From: a virus
Strand: one strand, 5' to 3'
Virus record (IMG/VR): IMGVR_UViG_3300045988_107225
Length of the DNA stretch: 64,000 bases
The notes below the pieces were generated by a model. The model was not told the origin of the DNA. It searched no databases and saw only the letters and a program-made list of their open reading frames with translations. Position numbers and translations under genes: made by a program. The first letter of the stretch is position 1. Every line of letters begins with the position of its first letter. Below, piece after piece: positions 19,237 to 28,871 of this stretch.

Positions 19237-19983
19237 ATGGCAGTATTAACAACACTAAATATAACGGAAAAGAATGATAACAACAGTTTATCTGTAACTG
19301 TTAAAGTGAATATCACCCAAAAAGGAGTGCTTACCACTACTTTATCAAAAGAAGATGTGGATAAGATTCGTTCTTATGGGATCAAATTACCTACAAACAG
19401 ATTAGGTAACGAAGGATATTTCAATAGCACATCATTTTCTGATCTAGTGAGTCAAATCAGGAAAGTTCTGAAGAGATGTTTGAGTTATAAAATAGTAGAA
19501 GAAGTGCCTGTTATTAAGTATCAACTGGAAACGAATTGCACGTTTTCCTATGACAAAAACGGAAATATTGTCCCTAACCCCTCTAAGGAATGGACAGGAG
19601 GCGATGAAGATGGAAAATGGAGAGATGGAACTTCCAGTTTAGATGCCTTAAACACCCAACCTTTCGGTTTTAGTGTTTATGCAAAACCATTTCTAAAAAG
19701 AGTAATTGAATATGGAAATGGAGAGACAAAAGTAGAATACGGCAGGTTAAATACAGAAAAAGGAACTTATGCGCACTGGCTGAATTGTGTAACGAGCATA
19801 TCATACAATAGATATAAACAGGTAATGGAAGTGGAGTGTAACGAATGTACCTCGAAATTATTCGTTGATATGATCAAGTCCATTTGTAATATAAGCGAAC
19901 AAGTTAAGAGTTTTGTCAATCCAGAACAAATAAAAGCAATTGCGGAGTCAAATGAACAGATTTCGCTTTTATCTAACAACTAA
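19237..19983 (+). CDS. hypothetical protein (248 aa)
   Basis: ORF track. Confidence 0.55.
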   Translation: MAVLTTLNITEKNDNNSLSVTVKVNITQKGVLTTTLSKEDVDKIRSYGIKLPTNRLGNEGYFNSTSFSDLVSQIRKVLKRCLSYKIVEEVPVIKYQLETNCTFSYDKNGNIVPNPSKEWTGGDEDGKWRDGTSSLDALNTQPFGFSVYAKPFLKRVIEYGNGETKVEYGRLNTEKGTYAHWLNCVTSISYNRYKQVMEVECNECTSKLFVDMIKSICNISEQVKSFVNPEQIKAIAESNEQISLLSNN

Positions 19984-19989
19984 AAAATC

Positions 19990-20130
19990 ATGAGGTATGT
20001 ATGTGTTTTTATCTGCTTTCTGTTATGGCTTATTTTTACATTGTTATTATCATCAACTGTCATAGGATTGGTTATAAGCGTGAGTGATGAATGGCAGGAA
20101 ATGGGTGACAAAATAATAGATAAACTTTAA
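19990..20130 (+). CDS. small hydrophobic membrane peptide (46 aa)
   Basis: ATG at 19990 and stop at 20128-20130 fill the gap; MRYVCVFICFLLWLIFTLLLSSTVIGLVISV is a single predicted TM helix. Confidence 0.3.
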   Translation: MRYVCVFICFLLWLIFTLLLSSTVIGLVISVSDEWQEMGDKIIDKL

Positions 20131-20136
20131 TAAAAT

Positions 20137-20382
20137 ATGAATAAGAATATAATCAACAACGCTCAACTTTTAGAGATTAAAACTAAGATTAGACAACTTG
20201 GAGCAATGATGAATGCATATCAATGCAGGTTTGTGGTTTCTTCGGGTCAATTGTTTTTTGTGGATGATGAATATGCTGGAACGGTTAAACTGACTAATCT
20301 TGATAATGGAGAATCTAACATATCATTCCCTTCATGTGACGATGGATTGATAATCAATCCAGCCGATAAGCATATTAAATAA
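20137..20382 (+). CDS. hypothetical protein (81 aa)
   Basis: ORF track. Confidence 0.5.
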   Translation: MNKNIINNAQLLEIKTKIRQLGAMMNAYQCRFVVSSGQLFFVDDEYAGTVKLTNLDNGESNISFPSCDDGLIINPADKHIK

Positions 20383-20426
20383 TTTCAAAACTAAAAATAT
20401 TTAAATTAATTAAACAATAATAAGAC

Positions 20427-20693
20427 ATGAAACAAGATATAGAATATGCTGTTCCTCTTTTTAAAGCTGGTGCAGAATGGCGCATTAACAGCGTGTGGCA
20501 TTCTATAACAGTAATTCCAGATTGCCACCGTTTTATTGTGTTTCTCCCTAAGAAATCAACAATAGGATCAAAGAATCCAATTATGGGTATATTGGAAGAG
20601 AACAGAACTTTTATATCCAGCCGTCCAGGATGTATTTTATGCAGATTAGATGAAATGGAATCATGGGCTTATTTGGATGATCTATTACCTTAG
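20427..20693 (+). CDS. hypothetical protein (88 aa)
   Basis: ORF track. Confidence 0.5.
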   Translation: MKQDIEYAVPLFKAGAEWRINSVWHSITVIPDCHRFIVFLPKKSTIGSKNPIMGILEENRTFISSRPGCILCRLDEMESWAYLDDLLP

Positions 20694-20738
20694 GTAATTA
20701 TATACTCAATTAATTATTCATTTTTAAAAGTTAGAGTT

Positions 20739-20891
20739 ATGAGACAAAAAAGGAAAAACACTTCATCCAATTTGGAGAAACAAAAAAAATGTACTGATAA
20801 GTATGAATACATATATTTGCCAAAAGATCCGTTTAAGAAGCATCCTAATAAAAAAGGAGAATGTTATTTAATTCGTAGAGGCGAGGTCTAA
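20739..20891 (+). CDS. small basic Lys-rich protein (50 aa)
   Basis: ATG at 20739 and stop at 20889-20891 in an otherwise unexplained 205-bp gap. Confidence 0.3.
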   Translation: MRQKRKNTSSNLEKQKKCTDKYEYIYLPKDPFKKHPNKKGECYLIRRGEV

Positions 20892-20898
20892 TACCGGA

Positions 20899-21087
20899 AT
20901 GCAAAACGTTTTAGGACTTGACGATCCTAATGATAGATCGGGTACAAAATTAGTAAAAATACTATCCTCTAAAGCTATAAGCGACTGTATTCAAGATGGT
21001 TATTTATCGGTAAAAGATAAGCCATTTCCTTGTTTTAAAGAAAATAGAAGAATGAATAAATTAAGAAGAAAATTTGAAAGGTTATGA
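20899..21087 (+). CDS. hypothetical protein (62 aa)
   Basis: ORF track. Confidence 0.4.
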   Translation: MQNVLGLDDPNDRSGTKLVKILSSKAISDCIQDGYLSVKDKPFPCFKENRRMNKLRRKFERL

Positions 21088-21287
21088 CCGACAGAGAACT
21101 TCTTGAAGAAAACAATAAGATGTTAAAGGAAATCCTAAGTTTTGTGAGAAAAGTCGATTCTGTTGAATATAGGGATCATCATGACTTTATGGAATTTCTT
21201 AGAAATGTGGCAGCCGATATATGGGTGGAATATACGGAGCCTGAACAAAGAGGTAGATTGTTTAATTTAATAAATAAAAAGAAATGA
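21084..21287 (+). CDS. hypothetical protein (67 aa)
   Basis: ORF track; ATGA overlap. Confidence 0.45.
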   Translation: MTDRELLEENNKMLKEILSFVRKVDSVEYRDHHDFMEFLRNVAADIWVEYTEPEQRGRLFNLINKKK

Positions 21288-21952
21288 AAACAGTTTTTGA
21301 TTTAAGCAGAGATGAGATTGTGGCATTGACAGACGAAGAGATAAGTCTGTATATAGACAAAGAGCTTGTTGGTAAGGGTATTCCAATTGAAGCTAAAAAT
21401 TGGAATATAAAGAACGAAAAAGAAGTCGTGTATCCAAGAACTGGAGTTCCAGTATTTATGTTAAAAGATATCGGCATCGGTTTTAGAACCATAGAAGGTG
21501 CAACTGAGGTGGCTAATTTGCTTGTTAAATATAATGCATTTAAAATGGAATCAAAGTTTCTGATAGGATCGTATGAACAGTTTTGGATCATAAATGGAAG
21601 TGTTTGCCCAGCCATTACAGGAGAAGCAGGATATAGCAAAGAAGAGTTTGATAAGGTAAACAAGAAAAACAAAGATCCAGAATTGGAAAGTATAAATTCC
21701 TTCAATGATACTGTGAAAAAAGCCAATGAAATCAAAGACATGGTATTGGAATACGTGGACAAGATAAAACGGGAGCGTGCGTACAACATCGACCTTTGCA
21801 TGACTTTCGAGAGATATGTTGAGATAGCAGATAAAGATGCGGAGCGGGCTATGGCTTTCTTGAAAGAAGTCTACCCGTTTAATGAAGAAACAGAAGTCTT
21901 TATCAGGAAAAGATACAATATGTCTATCGGTGTTGACCCAGAAGAAAATTAA
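21284..21952 (+). CDS. hypothetical protein (222 aa)
   Basis: ORF track. Confidence 0.55.
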   Translation: MKTVFDLSRDEIVALTDEEISLYIDKELVGKGIPIEAKNWNIKNEKEVVYPRTGVPVFMLKDIGIGFRTIEGATEVANLLVKYNAFKMESKFLIGSYEQFWIINGSVCPAITGEAGYSKEEFDKVNKKNKDPELESINSFNDTVKKANEIKDMVLEYVDKIKRERAYNIDLCMTFERYVEIADKDAERAMAFLKEVYPFNEETEVFIRKRYNMSIGVDPEEN

Positions 21953-21995
21953 TTTACATTAAATCATTTTGTTTCTTATTAAGCAACAAAAGACA

Positions 21996-22003
21996 TATCT
22001 TTG
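21996..22003 (+). promoter_or_regulatory. TAnnTTTG motif (TATCTTTG) 17 nt upstream of the ATG at 22021
   Basis: Read directly in the 68-bp gap. Confidence 0.25.
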
Positions 22004-22020
22004 TCCGAAAAGTAAGAAAC

Positions 22021-22281
22021 ATGAAAGAGGAAGAAAAAAAGATTAAAGAGGCTATGGCTGAAGCCCTGATACATTTAGAAGGTTGCAAATATTTTGTGGT
22101 CACGATAGTAAACGAAGAAGAATGTAGGTTTGATATGAGTCAGCGTATGTCTCCTCGTCAACTGGCTTTGGTTATAAAAGGTGTATTATCAAATAATAAT
22201 ATGATGATGATGGATGTACTACAATGGTGCTCAGCCAGGCTTCAAACAGAAATAGAAAAAGGAAAGAAATCAACTAATTAA
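22021..22281 (+). CDS. hypothetical protein (86 aa)
   Basis: ORF track; TAtcTTTG motif 17 nt upstream. Confidence 0.5.
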   Translation: MKEEEKKIKEAMAEALIHLEGCKYFVVTIVNEEECRFDMSQRMSPRQLALVIKGVLSNNNMMMMDVLQWCSARLQTEIEKGKKSTN

Positions 22282-22292
22282 ATATTAATACA

Positions 22293-22763
22293 ATGAATAG
22301 ATGGTTTGAAATTACGGTAAAAGCCGAGATTGATAATATCGAGAACGGCAAAAAAAAGAAAGTAACTGAAAAGTATTTAGTGGATGCCTTGTCTTATACA
22401 GAGGCAGAATCAAGATCGTTGGAGATCTTCAAGGATTTGTACAATTCTTTCGAGGTTGTAAAAATTAATCCTATTAAAGTGTCGGAAATCTTCTTCAACG
22501 GAGAAGCTGAGTACTGGTATAAGTGTAAGGTAAATTACATTACACTGGATGAAAAGAAAGGTAAAGAAAAGAAAACTCCATGCTATATGTATATCCAGGC
22601 CGGCAATCCTAAGGATGCCGAAGCTGTGTTGACTAAAGGTATGCAGGGTACGTTAGGAGACTGGAATTGCGAGTCTATTGTGGAAACGAAAATCATTGAA
22701 GTGTTTAAATACGATCTTCAGAAGGGAGCTGAAAAATTAGGCGAGAAGAAGAGTGAAGAGTAA
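22293..22763 (+). CDS. hypothetical protein (156 aa), possibly the Bacteroidota DUF4494-like family
   Basis: ORF track; N-terminus WFEITVKAEIDNIENGKKKKVTEKYLVDALSYTEAE resembles a Bacteroidota-restricted family as I recall it. Confidence 0.5.
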   Translation: MNRWFEITVKAEIDNIENGKKKKVTEKYLVDALSYTEAESRSLEIFKDLYNSFEVVKINPIKVSEIFFNGEAEYWYKCKVNYITLDEKKGKEKKTPCYMYIQAGNPKDAEAVLTKGMQGTLGDWNCESIVETKIIEVFKYDLQKGAEKLGEKKSEE

Positions 22764-22992
22764 GGCTGATGTAGTTTCCAACATAGCGCTTGTTGTGGCG
22801 ATAATATCATTGCTTTCAGCAGGCGCTTTCCTTCTGATAGTGATTAAGACAGACGAGGTATCTAAATTATTAATGAACGTACCTTATCTACTGGCTTCAG
22901 CGGGATTATTCTTTTCAATAATATCATTATTATTCGAATGGAAAGCAAGGAAAAGAAGCTATACGTCTGCGAAAAATGCGGACGAAAAGTGA
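22753..22992 (+). CDS. small two-TM membrane protein (79 aa)
   Basis: Two hydrophobic helices (VVSNIALVVAIISLLSAGAFLLIVI; LLASAGLFFSIISLLF). Confidence 0.5.
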   Translation: MKSKADVVSNIALVVAIISLLSAGAFLLIVIKTDEVSKLLMNVPYLLASAGLFFSIISLLFEWKARKRSYTSAKNADEK

Positions 22993-23462
22993 TGATAAGA
23001 AGTCATGGCTTATGCCAGGCTTGCAGGAGCAAAGAGTTGACTCCGAAGAAAAAAAACAGAATTACATCCATTAAAAACAGCAGCAAGAAGAAAAAGTTAG
23101 AGAACCCGGATTTATCCGGGTTTTTTCGTCTTATGTTGGAGGAGTTGAGTACTATTCGAATGTCTATGACTGGTAAAGCTATTCATTTTCCTACAGTATG
23201 TAACGTCTGTCACATACTTCCGAAAAGGTTATATAAGTCGGTTGCCACTTGCAGGGATAATATAGTTTTCCTTCATGAATCAGAGCATACGGTATTCGAC
23301 ATGTATCTTGACCGGATGGAATTTGATAAACTTGAAACAGAATTTCCTTTTGTGTGGAAGTATGCGGTAAAGAAGGTGCTGGATATGGAAAGCAGGGGAA
23401 TGATTAAAGAAAGAGGTAGATTAATTATTGAAATAATTGACAGATATGAGAAAACTTTATAA
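22938..23462 (+). CDS. zinc-ribbon protein with possible HNH-like motif (174 aa)
   Basis: N-terminal CEKCG ... CQACR; later CNVCHILPK ... DNIVFLHESEH resembles H..P ... N ... H of His-Me finger nucleases (weak). Confidence 0.45.
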   Translation: MESKEKKLYVCEKCGRKVMIRSHGLCQACRSKELTPKKKNRITSIKNSSKKKKLENPDLSGFFRLMLEELSTIRMSMTGKAIHFPTVCNVCHILPKRLYKSVATCRDNIVFLHESEHTVFDMYLDRMEFDKLETEFPFVWKYAVKKVLDMESRGMIKERGRLIIEIIDRYEKTL

Positions 23463-23622
23463 AATAAGAATAGAAGCTGACGATGAAACTATCTTTTATG
23501 CTCACATACAGAGAGAAAGTTATGGTAAGGATATAGCTATCGCAGTGAAAGATAGAGATAAAGATGAAGTGGAAACAGTGTTACATTGTATTAAAGAAGA
23601 ATTGATTAGAGGAAGATCATGA
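23437..23622 (+). CDS. hypothetical protein (61 aa)
   Basis: ORF track. Confidence 0.4.
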   Translation: MTDMRKLYKIRIEADDETIFYAHIQRESYGKDIAIAVKDRDKDEVETVLHCIKEELIRGRS

Positions 23623-24935
23623 AAGAGAAAATAAAAATATTGACAGATTTAGGATTTGTCCCTATGGTGGAAGGAGAAGGAAATACGTTGTTTAGAATGA
23701 ACGATGTTGTGATGTCGGTGTCAGATCCTAACCAAACACCAGAGCAGTTGAAGAAGGAGGTTATGTCTTTAATAAAGAACAGAGACATAGCAGAAAGAGG
23801 CGGACAGGTTCCAGTAGTTGAAGAGCCGGCGCCTGAGACAGAGCAGGCCCAGAAGGAGGAACCGGAAGCTCCGGCGGAGGAAGCCGCTCCTAACCCTGGA
23901 GAAGAGGATTCGAATCCGTTTACAGAAAATCAGGAAACGTTAGAACCGTTTTATATCTGTGATGAGTTAAAGAAGATTGAGACTCCCAAATTCGTAAGAT
24001 TGACATTAGACGGTAATCGTTTTTATGTAAGAAAGATGGACGATGGGACAGCCAAGATATATGCTTCGGTAACAACCATGATCAGAGACGGATTCGTAGA
24101 TGACAAGACGGCTCTTCAAGAATGGAGACAGGAGATGAGGATGATTGGTCGCAACCCGGAAGAAGTATCAGAATATGATGCAGATAAAGGAACGATCATG
24201 CACTACCTATACGGATTGTACTTGACGGGTAGAGATATGGTCTTAAATCGAAGTTTTATAGTTAAGACAGTGCAAGAAGGCAAGCTTAAAATATCAAAAA
24301 AGAATCTTGACAAATTCTTTGGTAGCATAGATGATCTTGACGATATGATTGTCAGAGTTATGAAGTTTGCTAAGTTTTGTTCGGAGTATAAGGTTAAGCC
24401 GATGATGATTGAAAGAATATTGTCATTAGAAGATTATTTGGTAGCTACGCCGATAGATGCGATGGTTAAAATGACATTCAAATACAAAGAAGAAGGTTAT
24501 TTTGGAGCTGTGTATCAAAGGGCTACGGGGCGGTTCAAAAAAGGAGATCCGAAGAAGGAAGTAAGAGAAGTGGAGAAAGAAGAGATTGTTATCTTAGATT
24601 TTAAATCAGGTGACATACGAAATGAACATGCTTTTCAATTGGAGGCTGAAAGGAGAATGGTTAAAAACTGGTACGGAATTGATGCACGTATTATGAATTT
24701 TTCTCCAAAAAGCACGAACAGTAAAGGTTATACGCTAAAAGAATGGTCTGATAAAAATGCTGCTATGGAGAAAGCGGACTGTGTGTTCCAACAAGGGATG
24801 TTGAATCATATCAGAAAAGATAAGAGGTTTAAAGTGAGAAAAGGAGTGCTGAATATCAATAAGCCGTACAATGAAGAGGATCATATTGTCGTATATGATA
24901 TTGCTGAGGAAATGTCTAAAAGATTCGTAATCTAA
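23619..24935 (+). CDS. hypothetical protein (438 aa) with P/A/E-rich linker and possible C-terminal PD-(D/E)xK nuclease fold
   Basis: IVILDFKSGD resembles the RecB-family hhhDYKTG motif; the linker PAPETEQAQKEEPEAPAEEAAPNPGEE is GC-rich. Confidence 0.55.
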   Translation: MKEKIKILTDLGFVPMVEGEGNTLFRMNDVVMSVSDPNQTPEQLKKEVMSLIKNRDIAERGGQVPVVEEPAPETEQAQKEEPEAPAEEAAPNPGEEDSNPFTENQETLEPFYICDELKKIETPKFVRLTLDGNRFYVRKMDDGTAKIYASVTTMIRDGFVDDKTALQEWRQEMRMIGRNPEEVSEYDADKGTIMHYLYGLYLTGRDMVLNRSFIVKTVQEGKLKISKKNLDKFFGSIDDLDDMIVRVMKFAKFCSEYKVKPMMIERILSLEDYLVATPIDAMVKMTFKYKEEGYFGAVYQRATGRFKKGDPKKEVREVEKEEIVILDFKSGDIRNEHAFQLEAERRMVKNWYGIDARIMNFSPKSTNSKGYTLKEWSDKNAAMEKADCVFQQGMLNHIRKDKRFKVRKGVLNINKPYNEEDHIVVYDIAEEMSKRFVI

Positions 24936-24941
24936 AGAATT

Positions 24942-25292
24942 ATGAAAAGAAAAATTAGAAGAACCGGGGAGATAATAGACGTAATCACCTTCAGTGGTTC
25001 AACTATAAGGAGTGATCATGATAAAATACAGTTCTATGACAGTAACGGAAGTGTGATAAATGGGAGTTTAAATTATTATCTCGATACCCTTCCTGTGGAT
25101 GATGAAAACAAAGACGTAGACTGGGAACAACGTAGATTCGATCTTGTTAAGGCTTATTCTATTGAGTTTATCAAAATGCAAAATAGAAAAGGAGAGATAG
25201 ATTGCGGAGTATATGTACCGAATGTGGTGTCATGGTCTATAGATATAGCGGATAGAATCATAGAAGCAATGAGAGGAGTTGAAAATGCTTGA
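24942..25292 (+). CDS. hypothetical protein (116 aa)
   Basis: ORF track. Confidence 0.5.
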   Translation: MKRKIRRTGEIIDVITFSGSTIRSDHDKIQFYDSNGSVINGSLNYYLDTLPVDDENKDVDWEQRRFDLVKAYSIEFIKMQNRKGEIDCGVYVPNVVSWSIDIADRIIEAMRGVENA

Positions 25293-26298
25293 TTTCAGAA
25301 AATACGAAAACGTACCTCGGTTTCAACTTGACCGCAGGCCCGGAAGGAGCCGACTGAAGCTAACCTGCCCGGCTTGCGGAAAAAGCCGGTGCCTCACTCC
25401 TTATATTGATGTGGCAACAGGTCAGGTTGTTGGCAACGAGTTCGGAAGATGCGATCATGAACGGACTTGCGGTTATGATAAACGACCTACCGGCAAGGAT
25501 GTAGGTGACAAAGATCTTTGGATTTCGGGAAATAAGTGCATAAGAGCTTATCGTCCTCCTGTAAATCCTGACGTTGTAAATTACATACCTTTTAGCGAGT
25601 TTGAGAGGACTGTGGTTCCGGACGATAGAAACACCGTATTTAGATTTTTATCGTCTCTATGGGGAAAAGAAAGGGTATCTGACGTATTTAGAAGGTATCA
25701 TGTTGGAACAATGGACTTATGGGGATGGAAAGGGTGTTGTATATTCTGGCAGATAGATAAGGACTTTGTATGCAGAACCGGCAAGATTATGGATTTTTAT
25801 ATAAAGACCGACAGCCAGGGGAATGAGATTGATGTAAAAAGAGTGAAGGAAAAAGACGGTGACAATGAGCGACCTCATGTCATGTTTTATCACTCGTTGC
25901 ATGCAAGAGACTTCTTGTTTAGACAATGCCTGTTTGGAGAACATCTTCTAAGCCAGTATCCAGATAAGGTAGTTAATTTGGTGGAGTCAGAAAAGACGGC
26001 TATTATATGCGCCGTGAATAAACCAGATGAGTTGTTTGTAGCTACCGGTGGGTTGCAGAACTTAAGACCGGAAGTGATAGATGTTTTAAAAGATAGAAAG
26101 ACTGTAGCTTTTCCGGACAAAGGACAAGCATTTGACACATGGAGTAAAAAGATAGATGGGATGATGATGAAGTCAAGGATAAAAGTATCGGACTATCTTC
26201 AGAGTGTTGAGTATGTAGGGGACGGAGATGATGTGGCAGATTTGATAATTAATAACAAAGTAAAAGAGAAATATTATGAGCCTGGACGTTTATATTAA
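25285..26298 (+). CDS. DNA primase-like protein (zinc ribbon + Toprim-like domain)
   Basis: CPACGKSRC ... CDHERTC zinc ribbon; LVESEKTAI ... VATGGLQN ... VAFPDKGQA resembles the DnaG Toprim E ... DxD signature; track start 25279 is TTG, ATG at 25285 preceded by GAGAGGAG. Confidence 0.55.
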   Translation: MLDFRKYENVPRFQLDRRPGRSRLKLTCPACGKSRCLTPYIDVATGQVVGNEFGRCDHERTCGYDKRPTGKDVGDKDLWISGNKCIRAYRPPVNPDVVNYIPFSEFERTVVPDDRNTVFRFLSSLWGKERVSDVFRRYHVGTMDLWGWKGCCIFWQIDKDFVCRTGKIMDFYIKTDSQGNEIDVKRVKEKDGDNERPHVMFYHSLHARDFLFRQCLFGEHLLSQYPDKVVNLVESEKTAIICAVNKPDELFVATGGLQNLRPEVIDVLKDRKTVAFPDKGQAFDTWSKKIDGMMMKSRIKVSDYLQSVEYVGDGDDVADLIINNKVKEKYYEPGRLY

Positions 26299-26629
26299 GA
26301 GCAAGAAGAAAGAAGAGGATCGTAAATGGGTTGCAAACATCACCCACAACATGAACAAGATGGCACAAAAAATATTCGTATCAGAAAACAAAGAAACACT
26401 ATACGATTATGTTTGGAGACCGGAAGAATTGGGCAGGGAAATAGATACTAAGGAGATGGTGAAGATACTCGCAAAAGGTATATATATTATGATCTCCAAG
26501 AGAAAGAGTCTTTTGAGATACGAACCAGAAAACGGATGGGGGTCTTATGATTCATTTCTTAAGTTTCTTATCGAATATAAAGAGGCGTGCGAAGATCATC
26601 CGGGTTATATAATTGAAGCAAGTAGATAA
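26276..26629 (+). CDS. hypothetical protein (117 aa)
   Basis: ORF track. Confidence 0.5.
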   Translation: MSLDVYIKSKKKEEDRKWVANITHNMNKMAQKIFVSENKETLYDYVWRPEELGREIDTKEMVKILAKGIYIMISKRKSLLRYEPENGWGSYDSFLKFLIEYKEACEDHPGYIIEASR

Positions 26630-26888
26630 TATGGAAAATTACAAAAACACTTTAAATGAGGTAGTGGTGATCGAATCATCACCAGAAACGTATTTTGTTT
26701 ACGCTATTCGTAATGCTATTCGTATCTCTAAATGTGCGTATCCTACAGCCAAGAAAGTAATTTTCAAAAGAGAGGACGTAGAGGTGGAGATCTCGGAAAT
26801 GGAAACTGAAAGCAGTTTGTATGAAAAGTTTAAAGAGAAACAAAAGGATAGAGTATGGAACTCAATGTGCGGCAACAACGGATTTTAA
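26613..26888 (+). CDS. hypothetical protein (91 aa)
   Basis: ORF track; alternative ATG at about 26631. Confidence 0.45.
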   Translation: MKQVDNMENYKNTLNEVVVIESSPETYFVYAIRNAIRISKCAYPTAKKVIFKREDVEVEISEMETESSLYEKFKEKQKDRVWNSMCGNNGF

Positions 26889-27421
26889 GAGGCGAAATTT
26901 GCCCTTATTGCGGAAGAGAAACCGAGTTGGTCAATGCCGATAAAATATATAGCAGAAAAGGCTTAGGGATGGTTATGATGTGTAAACCATGCAACGCTTA
27001 TGTCGGTGTTCATGAATCAGGGCCGAATAAGGGAAAAGCTAAAGGCCGGCTTGCGGGGCCATCACTGAGGTCTCTTAAGATAAGAGTCCATGCCGAACTT
27101 GATAGACTATGGTCTACGCCAGAGGAACGGGAAAGGATGTATAAAGATTTATCTGAATTTCTCGCTATACCGGAAGAGTACACACATATAGGTATGTTTG
27201 GCGAGAAGACGATGGGAAAAGTCTTTCAGTTCTGTCATGTAAACAAAGAACGATCAGGTTCGAGAATAGAATGGCATAAACCTGGAGATAAGTGCCCTAA
27301 TAAGAACAATCAAATAGTGTCAGGCAGTAGCGCATGTAGAGGATGTCCTGAGTATCTTCATGATGAGAAAGACGGGTATGTCTGGTGTGATCCTGATATG
27401 AGCTACGGCAGGTTGAAATAG
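26855..27421 (+). CDS. zinc-ribbon protein (188 aa)
   Basis: CPYCGRE ... CKPCN; additional C-terminal Cys/His. Confidence 0.5.
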   Translation: MELNVRQQRILRGEICPYCGRETELVNADKIYSRKGLGMVMMCKPCNAYVGVHESGPNKGKAKGRLAGPSLRSLKIRVHAELDRLWSTPEERERMYKDLSEFLAIPEEYTHIGMFGEKTMGKVFQFCHVNKERSGSRIEWHKPGDKCPNKNNQIVSGSSACRGCPEYLHDEKDGYVWCDPDMSYGRLK

Positions 27422-27473
27422 GGCGTGAATTGCCTATCTTTGTGCTATTATTAATCAAAAAAAATATAAGCAC

Positions 27474-27752
27474 ATGGGTAGATCGACAGAGTACTACAGG
27501 ACTCATCCCGAAGCCAGGAAGAAAAAGGCTAAAAAGGACAAGGAGATAAATGCCAGACCGGAACAGAAAGCCAAACGCCGAGAGCTTGGTCGTAAAAACT
27601 ACGAAACGGACAAGAAGAAGGGTAAGGGCTGGAGAAAAGGAAAGGATTGTTCTCATACCAAGAACGGTCTTAGGTATAAATCAGTAAAAGCTAATAGGGG
27701 ATCCAAATCGGATACGAAAGGTGACAAAAATGCAAGAGGATCTGAAAAATAA
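27474..27752 (+). CDS. highly basic Lys/Arg-rich protein (92 aa)
   Basis: ORF track; about 35% K+R. Confidence 0.4.
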   Translation: MGRSTEYYRTHPEARKKKAKKDKEINARPEQKAKRRELGRKNYETDKKKGKGWRKGKDCSHTKNGLRYKSVKANRGSKSDTKGDKNARGSEK

Positions 27753-28854
27753 AATAGATATAAGAAGGATATTCAAAACCTCTAAACAGGTTATGGAAGA
27801 GGCGTATGAGAATATCTTGAAATACAGGCGGGGAGAGCTTATCCCCGCTAAAACCGGATACGATTATATTGATGAGGCTTTGCTTGGAGGTATTTTCCCT
27901 CAGCATGCTATTGCCATAGGAGCCCGGCCATCTGTAGGTAAATCGTATGTGGCCCAAAAGATATTGGAAAATGTGATGAATCCGATGATCAACCCGCAAG
28001 CAGAAGATTATTTTCTTGTTAATTGCGAGTTCGAAATGAATCCTCAAGATCTTCTTCTTCGTAGAATGAGCCAGGATATGAAAAAGCGGGCTCCTGAAAT
28101 ATTAAGAAGGCAAGATTCTAATACAGTAGAAGAGATGAGGATGTTTGAAATCCTTCAAGGTGAAATCAGGAATAATATAATATACATCGATGCTCCGTGT
28201 ACGGTAAAAGAGTTTGAGGCGGCTGTGTATCATATAGCTACCAAACATAAAGACAAACGTCTTATAATATTTAAAGTCGATCATATTGCTTTGATAAAAA
28301 GAATGGGGTTAGATCCTAAGTCGGCTATAGATGATTTGGTGGCGGTTATGAACGAAGCTAAATTAGTATATAAAAACATATTTTTCCTCATCATATCCCA
28401 ATTCAACAGAGAGATAGAAGGAAGGATAAAAAGCCCACAAGAGCAGCCTCCGCGTCTTTCTGATTTTTACCAGTCTGATACGCTGGGTCAGTTATGTACG
28501 TTAATGATAGGTTTGCACAATCCTCGTAGGTACGGGCTGGATAAGTATATGATATTTGGGAAAGATTGGTATCAGACTCTTGATAGGTTTAAAACTGAAA
28601 ACAAAACATCATTCAGGACAGCCGGACTGGTGTTTCATCATATACTGAAGGTAAGGCAAGTTAGTATGGAAGAGCTTACTAATACAATCCACCCAGAGAT
28701 CTTGCCGGGGCATGGATGGATGTACGGGGAGGGAGGGACGAAGTTCGTGAACCCCAACCAGCCGCCGACGCCGCCCAAGCTCTATACTGTGGAAGATGTT
28801 ACGGACAATCAGGAACAAGAACAAGAGACAAAAGAAGAACAGTCATTGTATTAA
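27730..28854 (+). CDS. DnaB-like replicative helicase (RecA-fold C-terminal domain)
   Basis: Walker A AIGARPSVGKSY (DnaB GARPSMGKT); Walker B/H2 LIIFKVDHIALI; H3 SQFNRE (DnaB SQLNR); track start 27721 is GTG, ATG at 27730. Confidence 0.65.
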   Translation: MQEDLKNKIDIRRIFKTSKQVMEEAYENILKYRRGELIPAKTGYDYIDEALLGGIFPQHAIAIGARPSVGKSYVAQKILENVMNPMINPQAEDYFLVNCEFEMNPQDLLLRRMSQDMKKRAPEILRRQDSNTVEEMRMFEILQGEIRNNIIYIDAPCTVKEFEAAVYHIATKHKDKRLIIFKVDHIALIKRMGLDPKSAIDDLVAVMNEAKLVYKNIFFLIISQFNREIEGRIKSPQEQPPRLSDFYQSDTLGQLCTLMIGLHNPRRYGLDKYMIFGKDWYQTLDRFKTENKTSFRTAGLVFHHILKVRQVSMEELTNTIHPEILPGHGWMYGEGGTKFVNPNQPPTPPKLYTVEDVTDNQEQEQETKEEQSLY

Positions 28855-28871
28855 AAAAAAAAATAAGAACC

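Noticed and set aside
28716-28871. N-terminal 52 codons of track ORF 28716-29474 overlapping the DnaB-like gene
   Set aside because: This stretch is the GC-rich 3' end of the helicase gene read in another frame. A clean ATG at 28872 follows the helicase stop and the A11 run.
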